Counted from the stretch's first letter, positions 49,785 through 62,448 are shown. The stretch: DNA of 64,000 nt from Lytechinus pictus (GCF_037042905.1 NC_087252.1:27530001-27594000), one strand, 5' to 3'. Notes: generated by a model not told the origin, from the letters alone. Translations and numbers: made by a program.

Positions 49785-50677
49785 GCGGCGTCAACACCAA
49801 ATCTTAACCTGAGGTTAAGTTTTTGAAATGACAGCATAACTTAGAAAGTATATGGACCTAGTTCATGAAACTTGGCCATAAGGTTAATCAAGTATTACTG
49901 AACATCCTGCCTGAGTTTCATGTCACATGACCAAGGTCAAAGGTCATTTAGGGTCAATGAACTTAGACCATGTTGGGGGAATCAACATCAAAATCTTAAC
50001 CTAAGGTTAAGTTTTTGAAATGTCATCATAACTTAGAAAATATATGGACCTAGTTCATGAAACTTATACATAAGGTTAATCAAGTATCACTGAACATCCT
50101 GCATGAGTTTCACATCACATGACCAAGGTCAAAGGTCATTTAGGGTCAATGAACTTTGGCCGAATTGGGGGTATCTGTTGAATTACCATCATAACTTTGA
50201 AAGTTTATGGATCTGATTCATGAAACTTGGACTTAATAGTAATCAAGTATTACTGAACATCCTGTGCAAGTTTCAGGTCACATGATCAAGGTCAAAGGTC
50301 ATTTAGGGTCAATGAACTTTGGCCAAATTGGGGTATTTGTTGAATTACAGCCATAAATTTGAAAGTGTGTTGGTCTAGTTCATAAAACTTGGACATAATA
50401 GTAATCAAGTATCACTGAACATCCTGTGCGAGTTTCAGGTCACATGATCAAGGTCAAAGGTCATGTAAGGTCAAAGAACTTTGGCCACGTTGGGGGTATT
50501 TGTTGAATTGCCATCATATCTCTATAAGTGTATTGGTCTAGTTCATAAAACGTGGAAATAAGAGTAACCAAGTATCACTGAACATCTTGTGCGAGTTATA
50601 GTAGTTTTCAAAATCAGCACTGCTGCTATATTGAATCGCGTGATGCAGGTGAGACGGCCAGAGGCATTCCACTTGTT
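49702..50677 (+). mobile_element. Helentron-type non-autonomous element (HINE, DINE-1/pearl/Tsp-like)
   Basis: T-run start; subterminal IR gtctcacctgcat (49707) / atgcaggtgagac (50643); (GGC)n microsatellite; 4+ internal tandem units of ~162-192 bp; short 3' hairpin; cttgtt end. Confidence 0.8.
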
Positions 50678-51864
50678 GTATTATTATTTTGTCGTTAATT
50701 AAAATATATAAAATTTGGAATGACAATGCATTCAACTAATGTTTGATATGCGAATTGAATCTATTTGACTGAAAAAAAGATACATTATAAGGAGTTGTTT
50801 ATGGCAACAAGTCAAGAGGCTAGACCAACCAAAGTATGAGAAATTGAAGTTTAACTAAACATCCCCCGAAGTTGAATATTCAGTTCATGTTATTGGATAT
50901 TCCTTTAAATATGATAAATGATATAAACCTACTCGGCAAATATTGGAAACTTGAATTTATCTGTGCCTAAGTTCTCCAAACACACTCGCCGCGCTTTCTC
51001 CGTCCTTTCATTCCCATGCGCAATTCGTTAAGGTTTCTTATTTGGGATTTTGAGGTCGGCGTTTTGTCAAAAGTGCATCCTTATTAGCTTTCCGTTCAAT
51101 ATCTCCAAATATTTGGGGGTCTTTGCGAAAAAGTCGAAAAGAATGATTGCTTTGCTAGCTCCCGGAATTTATAAAGATCTGTTGCAGCTTCTCGAGAGTG
51201 AATTACACTGGCCAATAATAGAAGAAAAATGATAGACCTGGTTTCCCTATACAAATACTAGGTCATAAATAAACACGATGTTTTGGGGTTGGTTCATATT
51301 TCCCCAATATCGTTCTGTTTCCATGTGGAGGAAGTCATGTAACATACCCCAACCTATCCATTTTTTTTTAATTGTCTTTTTCATTTCCCCAATTTCGCAA
51401 TCTTTTTTATTTCGGTTTCTAGCTATCTAGATATAAGAAGCTTTCCATCTATAGGCTGTCAATATAAAACTAAAGTAGTGAAAATGCACATTAACAAGAG
51501 TAAAGCCACCGCCCTCAACATTCTGAAGGAGTTCGAAAAGGGGAACACATTGTAGATTGTAATTTTTTATCTTCTTTTGGTAGTCCAGAAAAATTATATT
51601 TAGTTTAAAGTGCATTGATTATTCCAGTGCACCATGTAAACTAGCTGCTGCTCGAAAGCTCTGTACAGCTGCTTGCATTGATGCATTCCGTTTTCATCTA
51701 CTCCATTCGTGATACATTAGTCACTATGTTCTTCATGTTCTCTGTTTACATGAATGAAATACCCATTGGTCTCAGGGGATGAGAAGTTATAATATAATCA
51801 AGATATTCTATTCCTTGTCCCGAATCCGTTTGGTTGGAACATAACGCCATCTTATTACTTTTTA

Positions 51865-52101
51865 CACAGCAAAAACTATGGTGTTAAGCGGTGTACATAG
51901 AGGACCGCACCAGTTATTTTACACCGGTGTTAAATTGAGTGTCAGTTTAACACCTATAGGTGTTATTACAACACCTTTGGTTGTTACATTTACACTCTTT
52001 GGTGTCATGTTCAATCTCTAGGGTGTAATTTTAACACATCAGGGTGTGGTCCTCTATTAACACCAACTGGTGTCAGTTTTAACACCACAGTTTTTACAGT
52101 G
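51865..52101 (-). mobile_element. EnSpm/CACTA-like MITE
   Basis: Inverted homolog of 35693-35940; 2-bp TSD ta. Confidence 0.8.
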
Positions 52102-52207
52102 TATGGATGTTTGTGTTATATAATGCTCCCTTAATAATATTAAGTTTTCGAAAAAAATTGCTTTCAACATAATGGTTTCTAATTTCACTCCAATGGTGAA
52201 CATTACC

Positions 52208-52390
52208 TAGTCTGCAGACAAAGACCCTTGGTTTTTGCAATTCGCATAGTGTATAATGCAGAGTCTGAAGTAGTGAGACTAGATTCACTATGTACTGTGG
52301 CTGACTGTCCCATTTGACACGAGTCTTTGCTGTTTGGAGTCTAGTCTTCACTCTAGACCTGTTTTTGGTTGAAGTGTCAAATATGAGTAT
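52208..52390 (-). mobile_element. AcademH-like MITE (second family), one end lost
   Basis: Reverse-complement homology to 38848-39037. Confidence 0.7.
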
Positions 52391-53005
52391 GTGCTTCCCT
52401 TGTTTAGAATACCGAATACTTACGTCAATCTTGTTTTGCAAATGGTTGGTTTCTAAGAAACGAATTTTTAGTTCTTGTTTTAAGTACCAACAATTTTTTT
52501 AATTTACATCTCCAGATTGTTTTCAAGTCTCTAAGCTTAGAGAATGGCAAGGATGTGTCTTCGAGACTTCGAGTTGTTATCTTGTAGTTCTTCAGCGAAT
52601 TCATTTTAATGAGCTTAATAAATATTTCTTAGTAGTGCTGTTAAATAACTGAATTCTCGAGCATTCACCGATTTTCCCCTACCATGCCAAACAGGTACCC
52701 ATTTACTGCTCATGAATGTAAATTTAGGTAAAGGCCTAGTCAAATGATTCGAACCCCAGACTTTGTGTGGTCCAAAGTCTGGATACTTTTCCTCTGAGCC
52801 ACAATATTTATCTTTCATGACCTCCCGTAAGAAATGCCTTACAAAAGGACCCTACAATGTATAGACCTACTCTTGGAGGTTGGGTACCATAGTTTGATTT
52901 CTGTCTTGCCGTCAAAATCTCACCCTTTTTGCAATCCCCGATGATCACGGTCTCACCAGTACTTCTCATTTTGGAAACTACCCCAAGGCTACATCAGAGA
53001 TTTAC

Positions 53006-53425
53006 TGTAACGCGTCTGACTCTGAGACTACCCCGCTCGTCATCAAGGTAACGTTTCAAAGACTCTTGGGAGTTTTAAAATGATAGCACCCAATACGGCG
53101 ACTGTTAGGTGAAGCCTAGCGCGACATTGTCGCACGTGGGTTTGGCAGTGATGACGTCAGCTGTAGTGAGGTTTGTAAGTAGCAGCCGCGGACTTTTTGC
53201 ACGATCACCCTCCCGCTAGAAAAGCACCAACTGGTCAATGCGGCAGTCAGTGCGTGCTGGGGCGACACTCCGTACGGTGCTTTGAAAAAACGGGAGTCCA
53301 CTACTGCACTGAACACGCTGTGGCGTTTCCTTCTCGGCACGAGTTGGCGATGCGAAACGCACGCCACACAGAATAAACACACGCTCAGTGTATGCCTGGC
53401 GCCAATCTGTATTGAGCACGTCACA
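53006..53425 (+). mobile_element. Possible solo LTR or CpG-rich element
   Basis: tgtaacg...cgtcaca ends; aataaa ~50 nt before the end; CpG-rich; no TSD seen. Confidence 0.3.
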
Positions 53426-54327
53426 CAACCGGTTATACGCTATAGCAGCATTAGATGTGAAGTTAGTGGCGCCTTTTACGAAAAGGGCTTTTCTCGTTGC
53501 ATTTTATAGAGGAGTGTTTTGGCGGAATATTTACGAAATGGTCTGAGACTTCAAATGTATCAACTTGTGAGTATATAATTTGTATTTGTTTGGTGACTGT
53601 GCAATCTCCGATATAACCACCCACTAAATAATCAACTTCAAAATCATTCATCCTTCCATTAAAAAAAAATCTTACTCACTAACGAGAATTATAATTATAA
53701 TAATGTATACATTATCTTTATATCCTATACTGTTTCAGTAGATGAAAATGAAATACTTTTCTTTTATGAAAGTTCTAATACCACAATTCAAAAGAAAGAA
53801 ATAAAAAAGTGTGTTGGAAAAGAAGGTCACAGGTAATTTTCATACTGGTAATAATACTTCCTTTCGAGTAAATTCACCGAAACGCGGTATTGCACCAAGA
53901 TAACTATTCCGTTACACATTTTATGTTCGTGATTTAAAGAGTGTATGGCTTTGTGAAAGCTTGAATTGAGAAATTTGGTAATGAGTGTCTTTCCGACATA
54001 TAATTGTGTTAGATTGGATGATAAACAAACAGCTATCTGAATGTAGCTATATCAATATGACTGTATCCGTTACTGAAGTATACCTTTAATGAATTGGCTG
54101 TGTGGTATAGGTTATAAACGGTTTAACTCTATTCTTCGATGTTAGAAACAAACATCACCCGTTTATACCGCTTAATTTAATGTTCCACATCTTTTAAAGC
54201 ATATATTATGATAATTAATCGTTTTTTCCTTTAGAGGTGGAATTTCAGGGCGCCTTTTTTATGCCTTGCATGCTTTCATAGAATTAAAGGTGTTCATTTC
54301 ATACTGTCTTCTTTATATTTCTAAGGA

Positions 54328-54700
54328 ATTATTTATTTATTGGTTTCTTTATTTCATACGACAGGGTAGGCCTGTTCTGATAGGCAAATCTGTTTTCCAA
54401 AGGCGCACTGCAGTTTAACAAATAACTCAACATCATAGCAATTCAATGTATGTAATATAATAATAAAGTAAAACACAAAATACATTATATACATATAGAG
54501 TGACATAAACAATTATGATGTAATCATTACATTTACATTAGGTTATTTAATGTAATTACAAGTCATGTATGACAGTCAGAATTTTAATGATTTACAGTGT
54601 GTTTTTAATGCATGGAGGGACGTGCATTTTTGTATAAAGCGAGTTAAATAAGACGGCAGCAATAGACAACTTTTGTTTAATTCTACAATGTATACAGAGA
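54328..54700 (-). mobile_element. CR1/L2-like LINE 3' fragment
   Basis: cagggtaggcctgttc...aaaggcgcactgcagttt is the reverse complement of the tail at 61578-61632; (attt)n adjacent. Confidence 0.6.
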
Positions 54701-55449
54701 GATTGTAAGCGAATGGCGTGGTCATTTGTCAACCCTTTTAATGCAGTAAAAAAAAGTGGAGTAAAGATAAAGAGATACTGTGTTAAGCGGAACGTGCTTC
54801 TTAAATGTGATAGGAAGTGAAAAGTAATGCGTGTAATTCACGCTCCTCGAAAATTTTACACAGCATTTGTTGGTGTTATTTTAATCAATAAGAATGATTG
54901 TTGCTGCTTTACCACAACGGGTAAGCCTATGCCAGAAAGTTCTTTGTTAATCTAGTTTTTAAAGCTGATATTGAAAATTAATTTTACTGGGGTATTTACC
55001 TTGCTGTGTTTAATCACCAGCTTTGCATCCTGTTCGATGTTTAGAAATTATAAATTTACCAAACTGTTCAGCGTAACAATTCAAAATATTTACAAAATAA
55101 TGATGTGAAATGAAGTAATGAAAGTTGCAAAATATTTATATTTATATGGGCTCTGACACTATGCAAATGACGAAGTCGATATTATATTCTCGCACATATA
55201 CTATTTACTATTTAGTTTGAAAAAAATGAAACATTCTTGGTGTCTCCTCGCTTTATAGTGTAAAGCATGTGTTGAAAACTAAATCCAAATCTTTTTGTTC
55301 AGTTGCTCTGTATGAATATTCCATTTAAGTTCAGGATCTACATTTTAATCCAGGATATTTGAAACTTGTCACTTGATTTTGTTTAGTGGTTTTTCCCTCG
55401 ACATTGACAATTAGAAAGCATACTCTTTGTTTGTCTTTACATACGTACT

Positions 55450-55905
55450 GTTTTACTGGAGTATATCATGAGTCTATCATTCATAATCATCCAAGTTTGG
55501 AGATTACGTAACTCTTCATTTAATACTGACCGAATTGCACGGTTTTGCAAAGTACAAATAAAAATGTTCTTGACCAACTTCAGAAGCTTCAGATTACGGC
55601 GGGAAGCATTATTCTACGAGTCAACCCTTGTGAACATAAATCAACTTCATTCGTTGACAATATGTTGAAGTGGGAAACACTAAAGTCTCTTCGTAAGAGA
55701 CACATGTACGCATTATTGTTTCAAAATATTCCATAGGCTAACGCCCGAATATTACTGACAAATTTATTTTTAATGAAAAGTGCTTTGGGCAAATATCTAA
55801 TTCAAACCTAATGCTTCCCAGACCAAGAACAAATCAATGTAAACGTGCATTCTTATATCGTGGATCTGTATAATACAATGAACTACCACTTGAGCTTCGC
55901 GAGCT
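55450..55905 (+). pseudogene. CR1/L2-type LINE ORF2 C-terminal remnant (frameshifted)
   Basis: LDQLQKLQITAGSIIL...LKWETLKSLRKRH, then LMLPRPRTNQCKRAFLYRGSVIYNELPLELRE: typical post-RT motifs. Confidence 0.75.
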
Positions 55906-55923
55906 GCAGGGTACTATTCAATA

Positions 55924-56159
55924 CACTACAAAAACCCCGGTGTTGATTTAACACCAGCCCGGAATCTATATTATGTCCACACCAGAGAAGTATTGAAACA
56001 ACACCAGTTAGGAATCAAACCAATGCTGTTTTGATACTAATTGGTGTTATATAATCTGGTGTTAGACTAATACCAAAATCGGTGTTGTTTAACACTTCTC
56101 TGGTGTGGACATAATAGATTCCGGGCTGGTGTTAAATGAACACCGGATGTTTTGCAGTG
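55924..56159. mobile_element. EnSpm-like MITE with ~80-bp TIRs
   Basis: cactacaaaa..tttaacaccagcccggaatcta..tgtccacaccagagaagt mirrored; TSD ta. Confidence 0.8.
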
Positions 56160-56264
56160 TACTGTGTAAACATGCACATTTGACAATAAGGACCAACTTG
56201 ACTGAACCATATAGTATTAAACAATGCCAATTCCACATGTTCGGGAGGAATTAATCGTTGTTTC

Positions 56265-56516
56265 ACTTGACAATGAGGGGGAAATTAATTTTTTTCATTA
56301 AAAAAAATAAAGAAATAGTGAGTGGATGACGTTATCAGTCTCCTCATTTGAATACCGACCAGGATGTGCATATAACTATTTTGTGAAATCCAGCGAAACT
56401 TTAAAATGTCATAACTTTCTTATTTTACATCCGATTTTGATGAAATCGTCAGTGCTATGCTTGTTGGATCATTCTCTTTTTATTCAAATCAACTTTTTGT
56501 TGGGGTGGACTTGTAC
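56265..56516 (-). mobile_element. Kolobok-like family A end fragment
   Basis: Ends ggggtggacttgtac|ttaa; inverted homolog of 669-930. Confidence 0.7.
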
Positions 56517-56745
56517 TTAAAATCTTCTTAAAAATCTATAAAAATATACCATTGTTCATTTCCTTTCAAAACGATCCAAAACAAATGGGAAGATAAAATA
56601 ATATAGTATGAAAAATATATACTTAGCTTTTGACCCACTTCAGTTCAGGACAAAATACATGAAATAACGTCATCACTGTCATTTAGATGATGCCTGCATG
56701 CAAACTTGTAGATTCGCTAACTTTCACACTCATGTTGAAGACCAG

Positions 56746-56871
56746 GGGCCTGTTGCAGAAAGAGTTGCGTTTAAACGTAAGTCAAAAAATCAATCGCAAG
56801 TCAAAAATGCGCGCTGTTGATTGGTTGAAAATCAAGTTGCGTTTGATTGCAACTCTTTCTGCAACGGGCCC
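56746..56871. mobile_element. Harbinger-like MITE
   Basis: gggcctgttgcagaaagagttgc / gcaactctttctgcaacgggccc. Confidence 0.75.
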
Positions 56872-57454
56872 TGCCAGTTGTACGTGATCATGCTTACTGT
56901 TTTGAAACTATTTTGTGTGTTTGATTAACATACTGAACAAAGTTTAATCGTACTCTTCGAGGTAATAACATTTGATTTTAGCACCCAGTGAATTATACGA
57001 CCTTCTTTTTAAACAAAGATTGAAACGAATTGAGGAAACTTCATTGCTTATTTCCTATTTTATATTGGAGGAGGATGTGAAATGCACACTAGAATAGGTG
57101 CATGTCTGAATGCAACAATTAGTTTAATTGCCTAGCAAATATTTTTTTTCTTCCTCTTCTGACACGTTGTAATACATTTTTAATGTCTATGACAATTGAG
57201 CTCACGAGATGGAGAAATTCTTATTTTCTCTTTGAAAACATTTCTTTGTGTGTGGGTAAAGAAAAAAAAGCAGTCATACTCGTTTTGTTTTATCACTTTA
57301 AGCGAGCACGATTCGGTACATCGATCAAGAATGATTTAAATGTTTGAAACTTTGAAACTACAGGTATTAATGAAGGATTCTTTAAATAGCTATCAAAGAA
57401 AGAATATGGATCATCAGAAAGCGTTATGTTTCTTCTTTCAGTTGTTTGATGTGC

Positions 57455-57652
57455 TCTCGAAAAAAAATCAGTCAAAAATGACAAGTTAATCGAGTCAGCT
57501 GGGTGCACCTGTTCTGGTATACTATTTGACTAATATCTAGTCGTATTTCCACTAGAACAGAGTTGTGTCTGACTAGAATAAACGTGACTAGACACATCAG
57601 TTGCACCCAACTGACTACTGATCTAGTCATTTTGACTGATTTGTTTTACCAT
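57455..57652. mobile_element. Degenerate MITE with long imperfect inverted arms
   Basis: aaatcagtcaaaaatgac..agtcagctgggtgca / tgcacccaactgact..gtcattttgactgattt. Confidence 0.6.
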
Positions 57653-57864
57653 GGTATTTATCTTTCTTTCGCTCTCTGTACGACGTGAGTTATCTTTTCC
57701 CCTCCCCCGTTTACAGGTCTTCCAGACGAAGAACAAAACATGTAAACCACCTATACAAAGTATACTATTTCTTTACCCACCCCTCCCATCCCCTCTCTCT
57801 TTCAAAATTGAACCAATCGATCCGTTATGCTATGTAGGGCTAGATAACAGGGACAACTGATTAA

Positions 57865-58248
57865 AGTGATTGGCTAACATTGATTTGACTTTTAAAAAAT
57901 CTGAGCTAGAAGGTCACACTTGTCACCTGTGTCTGTGATATGTTACAAAAATGAAGCCCAGAAATAATCGCGTCCGAAAATCATTATTTAGTGCTTCAAA
58001 AAGTGAAACATAAAGTGACCGGAAACACCATCTTAATTTCATCCCATACACTTGTGTGTTGTATTTAAGTGTCTGTAAGACGCCTACATGTAATTACAAA
58101 ATCGTGGTTTGCCTTGTATTTTTAGCTTTTCATTCTCAATAATGGTTGTTTTCAGGGTTTTTTAATTCTAATACATGTACTTGTACACATGTTTCATCTT
58201 GGTTTGAGAATTTTTTAAATCGACTGCTCACAAAGTTAAATAATACCT
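57865..58248 (-). mobile_element. Kolobok-like MITE (family C), complete
   Basis: TTAA both sides; inverted homolog of 19526-19903. Confidence 0.85.
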
Positions 58249-59549
58249 TTAAGGGTGATGTATTATGTAGAAAGAAAAATAATGTTCTTCACAAATTGAA
58301 GGAAATAAAGGGCAATTCTTGGTGAAAAGTGGTAATGGCGACAGGGATTATAGACAGGCGAGACAAAGTCAGATGCAATGTAAATATTCATAAAGCCTGT
58401 ATCTTTTGTTGTCGTAAATCACTCAAAGATTCGTGTGTCATCAGTAGATCATATCAATGTAAGTGCCCCCAAAATGGGATTGGTGTGAAAAAATATTTTG
58501 TTTCGATTGCCCGATCAAAAAACAACAAAAATCTCTGCGTACTTCTTGTCTTGTTTATATCAACAAAGAAGACCTTCTCAATATGCTAAAAAATTTAGGC
58601 GACGATCTGTGTCAGTATAGATTTTTAGTTACCACTTACTAAATAATTATGTAAAAAGAGTGCCAAAACGGCTATTAAAAAAACACATTTAAATACCTAG
58701 AGGAGGTTCTAAATCGTAACGGCCGGAAATTGATTCTAATGGGTACAAATGCATTAAATGACTGGTACGCCTTGTGTAATATTGTAATATTCTATGATGA
58801 TGATAGGGGGGAATAGCTCACATTACGCTGAATCTTATGACCAAAGTTTTAGAAAAGCTTTAACCAGTGCAAGCAACTAGTCATGCTAGTTGCTTTATAT
58901 TTCAATGCGTTAAAGAATGAAATATACAGTATGGAAAAAAACACGACAAAAACCTTTCCTTTTTTGACCTTCGATGATACACTGACGTCTACATGTTCAT
59001 TTTTTTGTGACGTGCGAATTCTATATCCATTTCACGACAATTTTAATTGCATCTACCGCTCTTATAGCATGTATAGTGCCATTTAAAGGAGACAGATATA
59101 GAGAGAAAATGAAACAAGGCTTTAGTTAGCGATTTCTCTCGTCTATCTCTTAAACCGGCGTATACTTTTTGATGATTATTGTTCATCCGAGCAGACTCTA
59201 TTATGTTTGAATTGCGTTCTTCGTCTTCGGTCATTTGCGTCATCTTGTATGCTTTTATACTTTTGATGTCTTATAATCTATTTCGATGTTGGAGCAGGAA
59301 TAATCACCTCTGCAATGATATAAACATATCTGCAAAGTGTTTAGGGTCCACCTATTAAATACAAATAATCCTTTCGGGGGTATTTTAACTCGTTTATTCC
59401 TAGTCCAATTTTTGTGGAAAATGGGGGAAAATCTTATAGTATTTGATAAGGAATTTTGAGAATGTTCGTATTTCTGGAATTTTCTTCTGATTTGTTCCCA
59501 TCTCTTCACTCTCAGGGTTGCCAGATCCATGTTTGGAAATTTGGGTGAA

Positions 59550-59860
59550 TACTAATTATCAACACATAGATATATCCCTGACAGTTGATTGGATGAATGC
59601 GCGTCACATGACATTCAGAGGAATCAGCTATCGCACGCCATAACATGACACACGTGCAATACTCGACTATTGCACGCTCGAGCAAGTGCAGTAACTCTCA
59701 ACAGATTACATAATTCGGTGCAAAGTGAGACAGCCTATTCAATTCCTCTTCGCGTCGTTGAATAGATTCTTTCAACTTGCACTCTAATGTGATATTCGGA
59801 ACGATCGCTCTCATAAACATTGAATATGTGCATACTATTATGATAATATTAACGATTATA
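59550..59860. mobile_element. Possible Crypton-like non-autonomous remnant
   Basis: gattggatgaatgcgcgtcacatg and hairpin ctattcaa...ttgaatag; family assignment from recollection only. Confidence 0.3.
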
Positions 59861-60089
59861 ATGTCCAACACTGCCGGGGATGGTAATTTGAATTATCATC
59901 ACCATTGTCATTATTTAATTTCATTTTCATTTAATTTAGGTTTTATTTCCACAAATCCGTTATGTTACAAAACTTTGATAACTTAACTGACATAACTAAG
60001 CTGAGCAACCATTACACACGCAGACTATATAAGTATATATAGCAAGCATTCTTAATCACTACATATTAATACATGTTTAAGTACATAAA

Positions 60090-60506
60090 AAACGGAAAAG
60101 TGGAGGAAACCTTAGAAGCATAATGCTTGTAGATAAGGTTCCCTTTTTTATACATTACTTTTTATATAACTACTTAATAATAACACGTGACAACATTTTA
60201 TCAATTAAATTACATCCACAAAAACAACACAACACAGAAACGTGACAAAAAACAAAGAAAGAAAGAAACGAAGAAATAAAAGAACAAATGAAATAAAGTA
60301 AGCAGCTGCCATCCAACAGAATTTAAGAAACTTCTGGATAATAAGCTCTGTGGACAAAAATGCAATAGAGCATGCCAATAAATAGCAATTTCAGTTTGTT
60401 TCATTTTCAAGTGATGTTTGAAAATATTATAATTTTGTAGTTGCTTAAGTGTCATATCCAAGGAATTCCAATAAACTGGACACAATTTTATTGTGACGGC
60501 AAACAA
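60090..60506 (-). pseudogene. CR1/L2-type LINE ORF2 end plus 3'UTR remnant
   Basis: CPVYWNSLDMTLKQLQNYNIFKHHLK matches the P..WNSL..LK....FK..LK terminal motif. Confidence 0.6.
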
Positions 60507-60679
60507 AAAATCACATCTGGAGTAATGAAGACTTGGGTCAATGCAAATTTATGATGATTTAGACCGTATCTCCTGTGCCATGTACAGGCATGCTGACCGG
60601 GGATGGCATCACGAAGCGCTTTGTATCGCCTGGAAAAGGCGCAATATAGATACATGCATACTCTTCTTATTCCAAACGA

Positions 60680-60850
60680 CTTGGATAATATTACCCTCAA
60701 TACCCTGGCTTTAGCCCCGCAGCCTTTTACAGCGCGGTGGCTTTTCAAGGAATACATGCACATTCCTGATGCCAGGTACCCATTCATCTCACCTGGGTTA
60801 AGTGCAGCACAATGTGGATGAATTTCTTGCTGAAGGAAATTACGCCGTGC
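60680..60850 (-). mobile_element. SINE body fragment
   Basis: ggtacccatt..cacctgggtt..gtg.cac..tgtgga..cttgc matches the core of 44062-44364. Confidence 0.6.
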
Positions 60851-61176
60851 TAATGATAATTCACTATGACATACATTGGTAATGATAATGATAATTATCC
60901 GTGTTACTCCTGCATAGCTATTCTACACGGTTAGTTAATAAAAACAAAGATAGAAAAGGCTCTATATAATATATTGGATGTGCAGATTTGTATTAAAAAT
61001 CACAGATTTACAGATTCATTTGTTGGTATTAATGATAGATTTTAAAATGTGATTAGATGATTATAATCACCCAATGGAATGAGAGAGAGAGAGAATCAGA
61101 TATATTTTTTTACTGAGTATAATGATTTTATGAAATTGACTGTGGCCCAATCAGCATAAATTACAATGTCTGTCTT

Positions 61177-61677
61177 ATGAAGATCGTTACGACACAGTCA
61201 CACCGTCGAACCCAATGTAACACAAATCTTAGCAATCAATATTGTAGAACGTTTTTTCTTCAGCTTCCCAAAGCTAGAATTGAACATAAAAGAAAATCTT
61301 TCGCATATGTCGGACCCAAATTATTTAATGCACTTCCTTCAAATTTACAAGTTTGTACCTCCTTGTTAGTTTTTAAAAAATTATGCAAGGCCTTTCATAC
61401 GAATTGATAAAGAGCGAAATTATATTCCATTGATTTATAATGCTATGTATGTTTAAATTGTCACTTCCCACTCTATATTTTGGTGTTAATTGTTTCTGAT
61501 GTTAGATATTTTGTATTTTGTATTTTTGATGTTGTTTGTTGTTGTTGTTGTTCATAGTTATCTTGACATGTATTTTAAACTGCAGGGCGCCTTTGTAAAG
61601 CAGTTTTAAGAACTGAACAGGCCTACCCTGCAGTATAAAATAAATAAAACAAAATAAATAAATAAATAAATAATAAA
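61177..61677 (+). pseudogene. 5'-truncated CR1/L2-type LINE (ORF2 C-terminus, 3'UTR, (AAAT)n tail)
   Basis: LPKARIEHKRKSFAYVGPKLFNALPSNLQ...FKKLCK; tail cagggcgcc...taccctg followed by (aaat)n. Confidence 0.8.
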
Positions 61678-61756
61678 CGATTGATTAATTTCATTGCATT
61701 GACTACAATGTGCAATCAATCGTGAATATCAAGCTTTGTGTTACCGGACCCAGACC

Positions 61757-61925
61757 TAGTCTGCAGTGCAAACCCTTCACTCGAGTGAAGGGTCTGAATT
61801 GCAGCCTACTCATGCCTTGTATACTGAAGGCCGAATTGAAACCAGCAAGTTTTGTATGTGCTAGTCTTTGCGTGGAGACACACTGGTTGATAAAAGTTTC
61901 AATCAGGGTCTGTGCCTGCAGACTA
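61757..61925 (+). mobile_element. AcademH-like MITE
   Basis: tagtctgcag / ctgcagacta; 9-bp TSD acccagacc/gcccagacc; internal perfect palindrome acccttcactcgagtgaagggt. Confidence 0.85.
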
Positions 61926-61954
61926 GCCCAGACCGACCAAAGCTATTATCATTT

Positions 61955-62109
61955 GCACCGTAACACAAAAGGTAGCGATTAATCGTTAACTTGAAAGAGC
62001 AATTCTGATTGGTTACTCTTCAGTGTACTGAGCAAAATGCACATGCAACGATGATCGTGATAGGCCATTTCATAAAGTGATTAATCGCTCATCTTTGTGT
62101 GACGGGCCC
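61955..62109. mobile_element. Harbinger-like MITE
   Basis: ccgtaacacaaa / ctttgtgtgacgggccc|ctg. Confidence 0.65.
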
Positions 62110-62288
62110 CTGATTTCGTTATTACCAATGATATTATCGGTCGTTTCGGAGTCTGTTTTGTTGATGTGACAGTATCATGATCATCGTCACGTTTGCTCTC
62201 CTGCAATATATTTGTATGAATGTTGATGACGTCACGTTATCAAGGAAAGAAAACGAGCATAATTCAAATTATTTATACATGTTATACA

Positions 62289-62448
62289 CAGGGGCCGCGG
62301 AACGGTTTTCAAAGTGGGGGGGGGGGCGGGGGCTGACCATGCAAAAAATCACAATCATATGGTCATTTTTTCGTTTTTGTACACGGTTTTGGAAAAAAGT
62401 GGGGGGAGCTGAAGCCCCCCCCCCAGCCCCCCGCTTCCGCGGCACCTT
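62289..62448 (+). mobile_element. hAT-like MITE with G/C tracts
   Basis: caggggccgcggaa / ttccgcggcacct TIR; TSD not clear. Confidence 0.55.
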
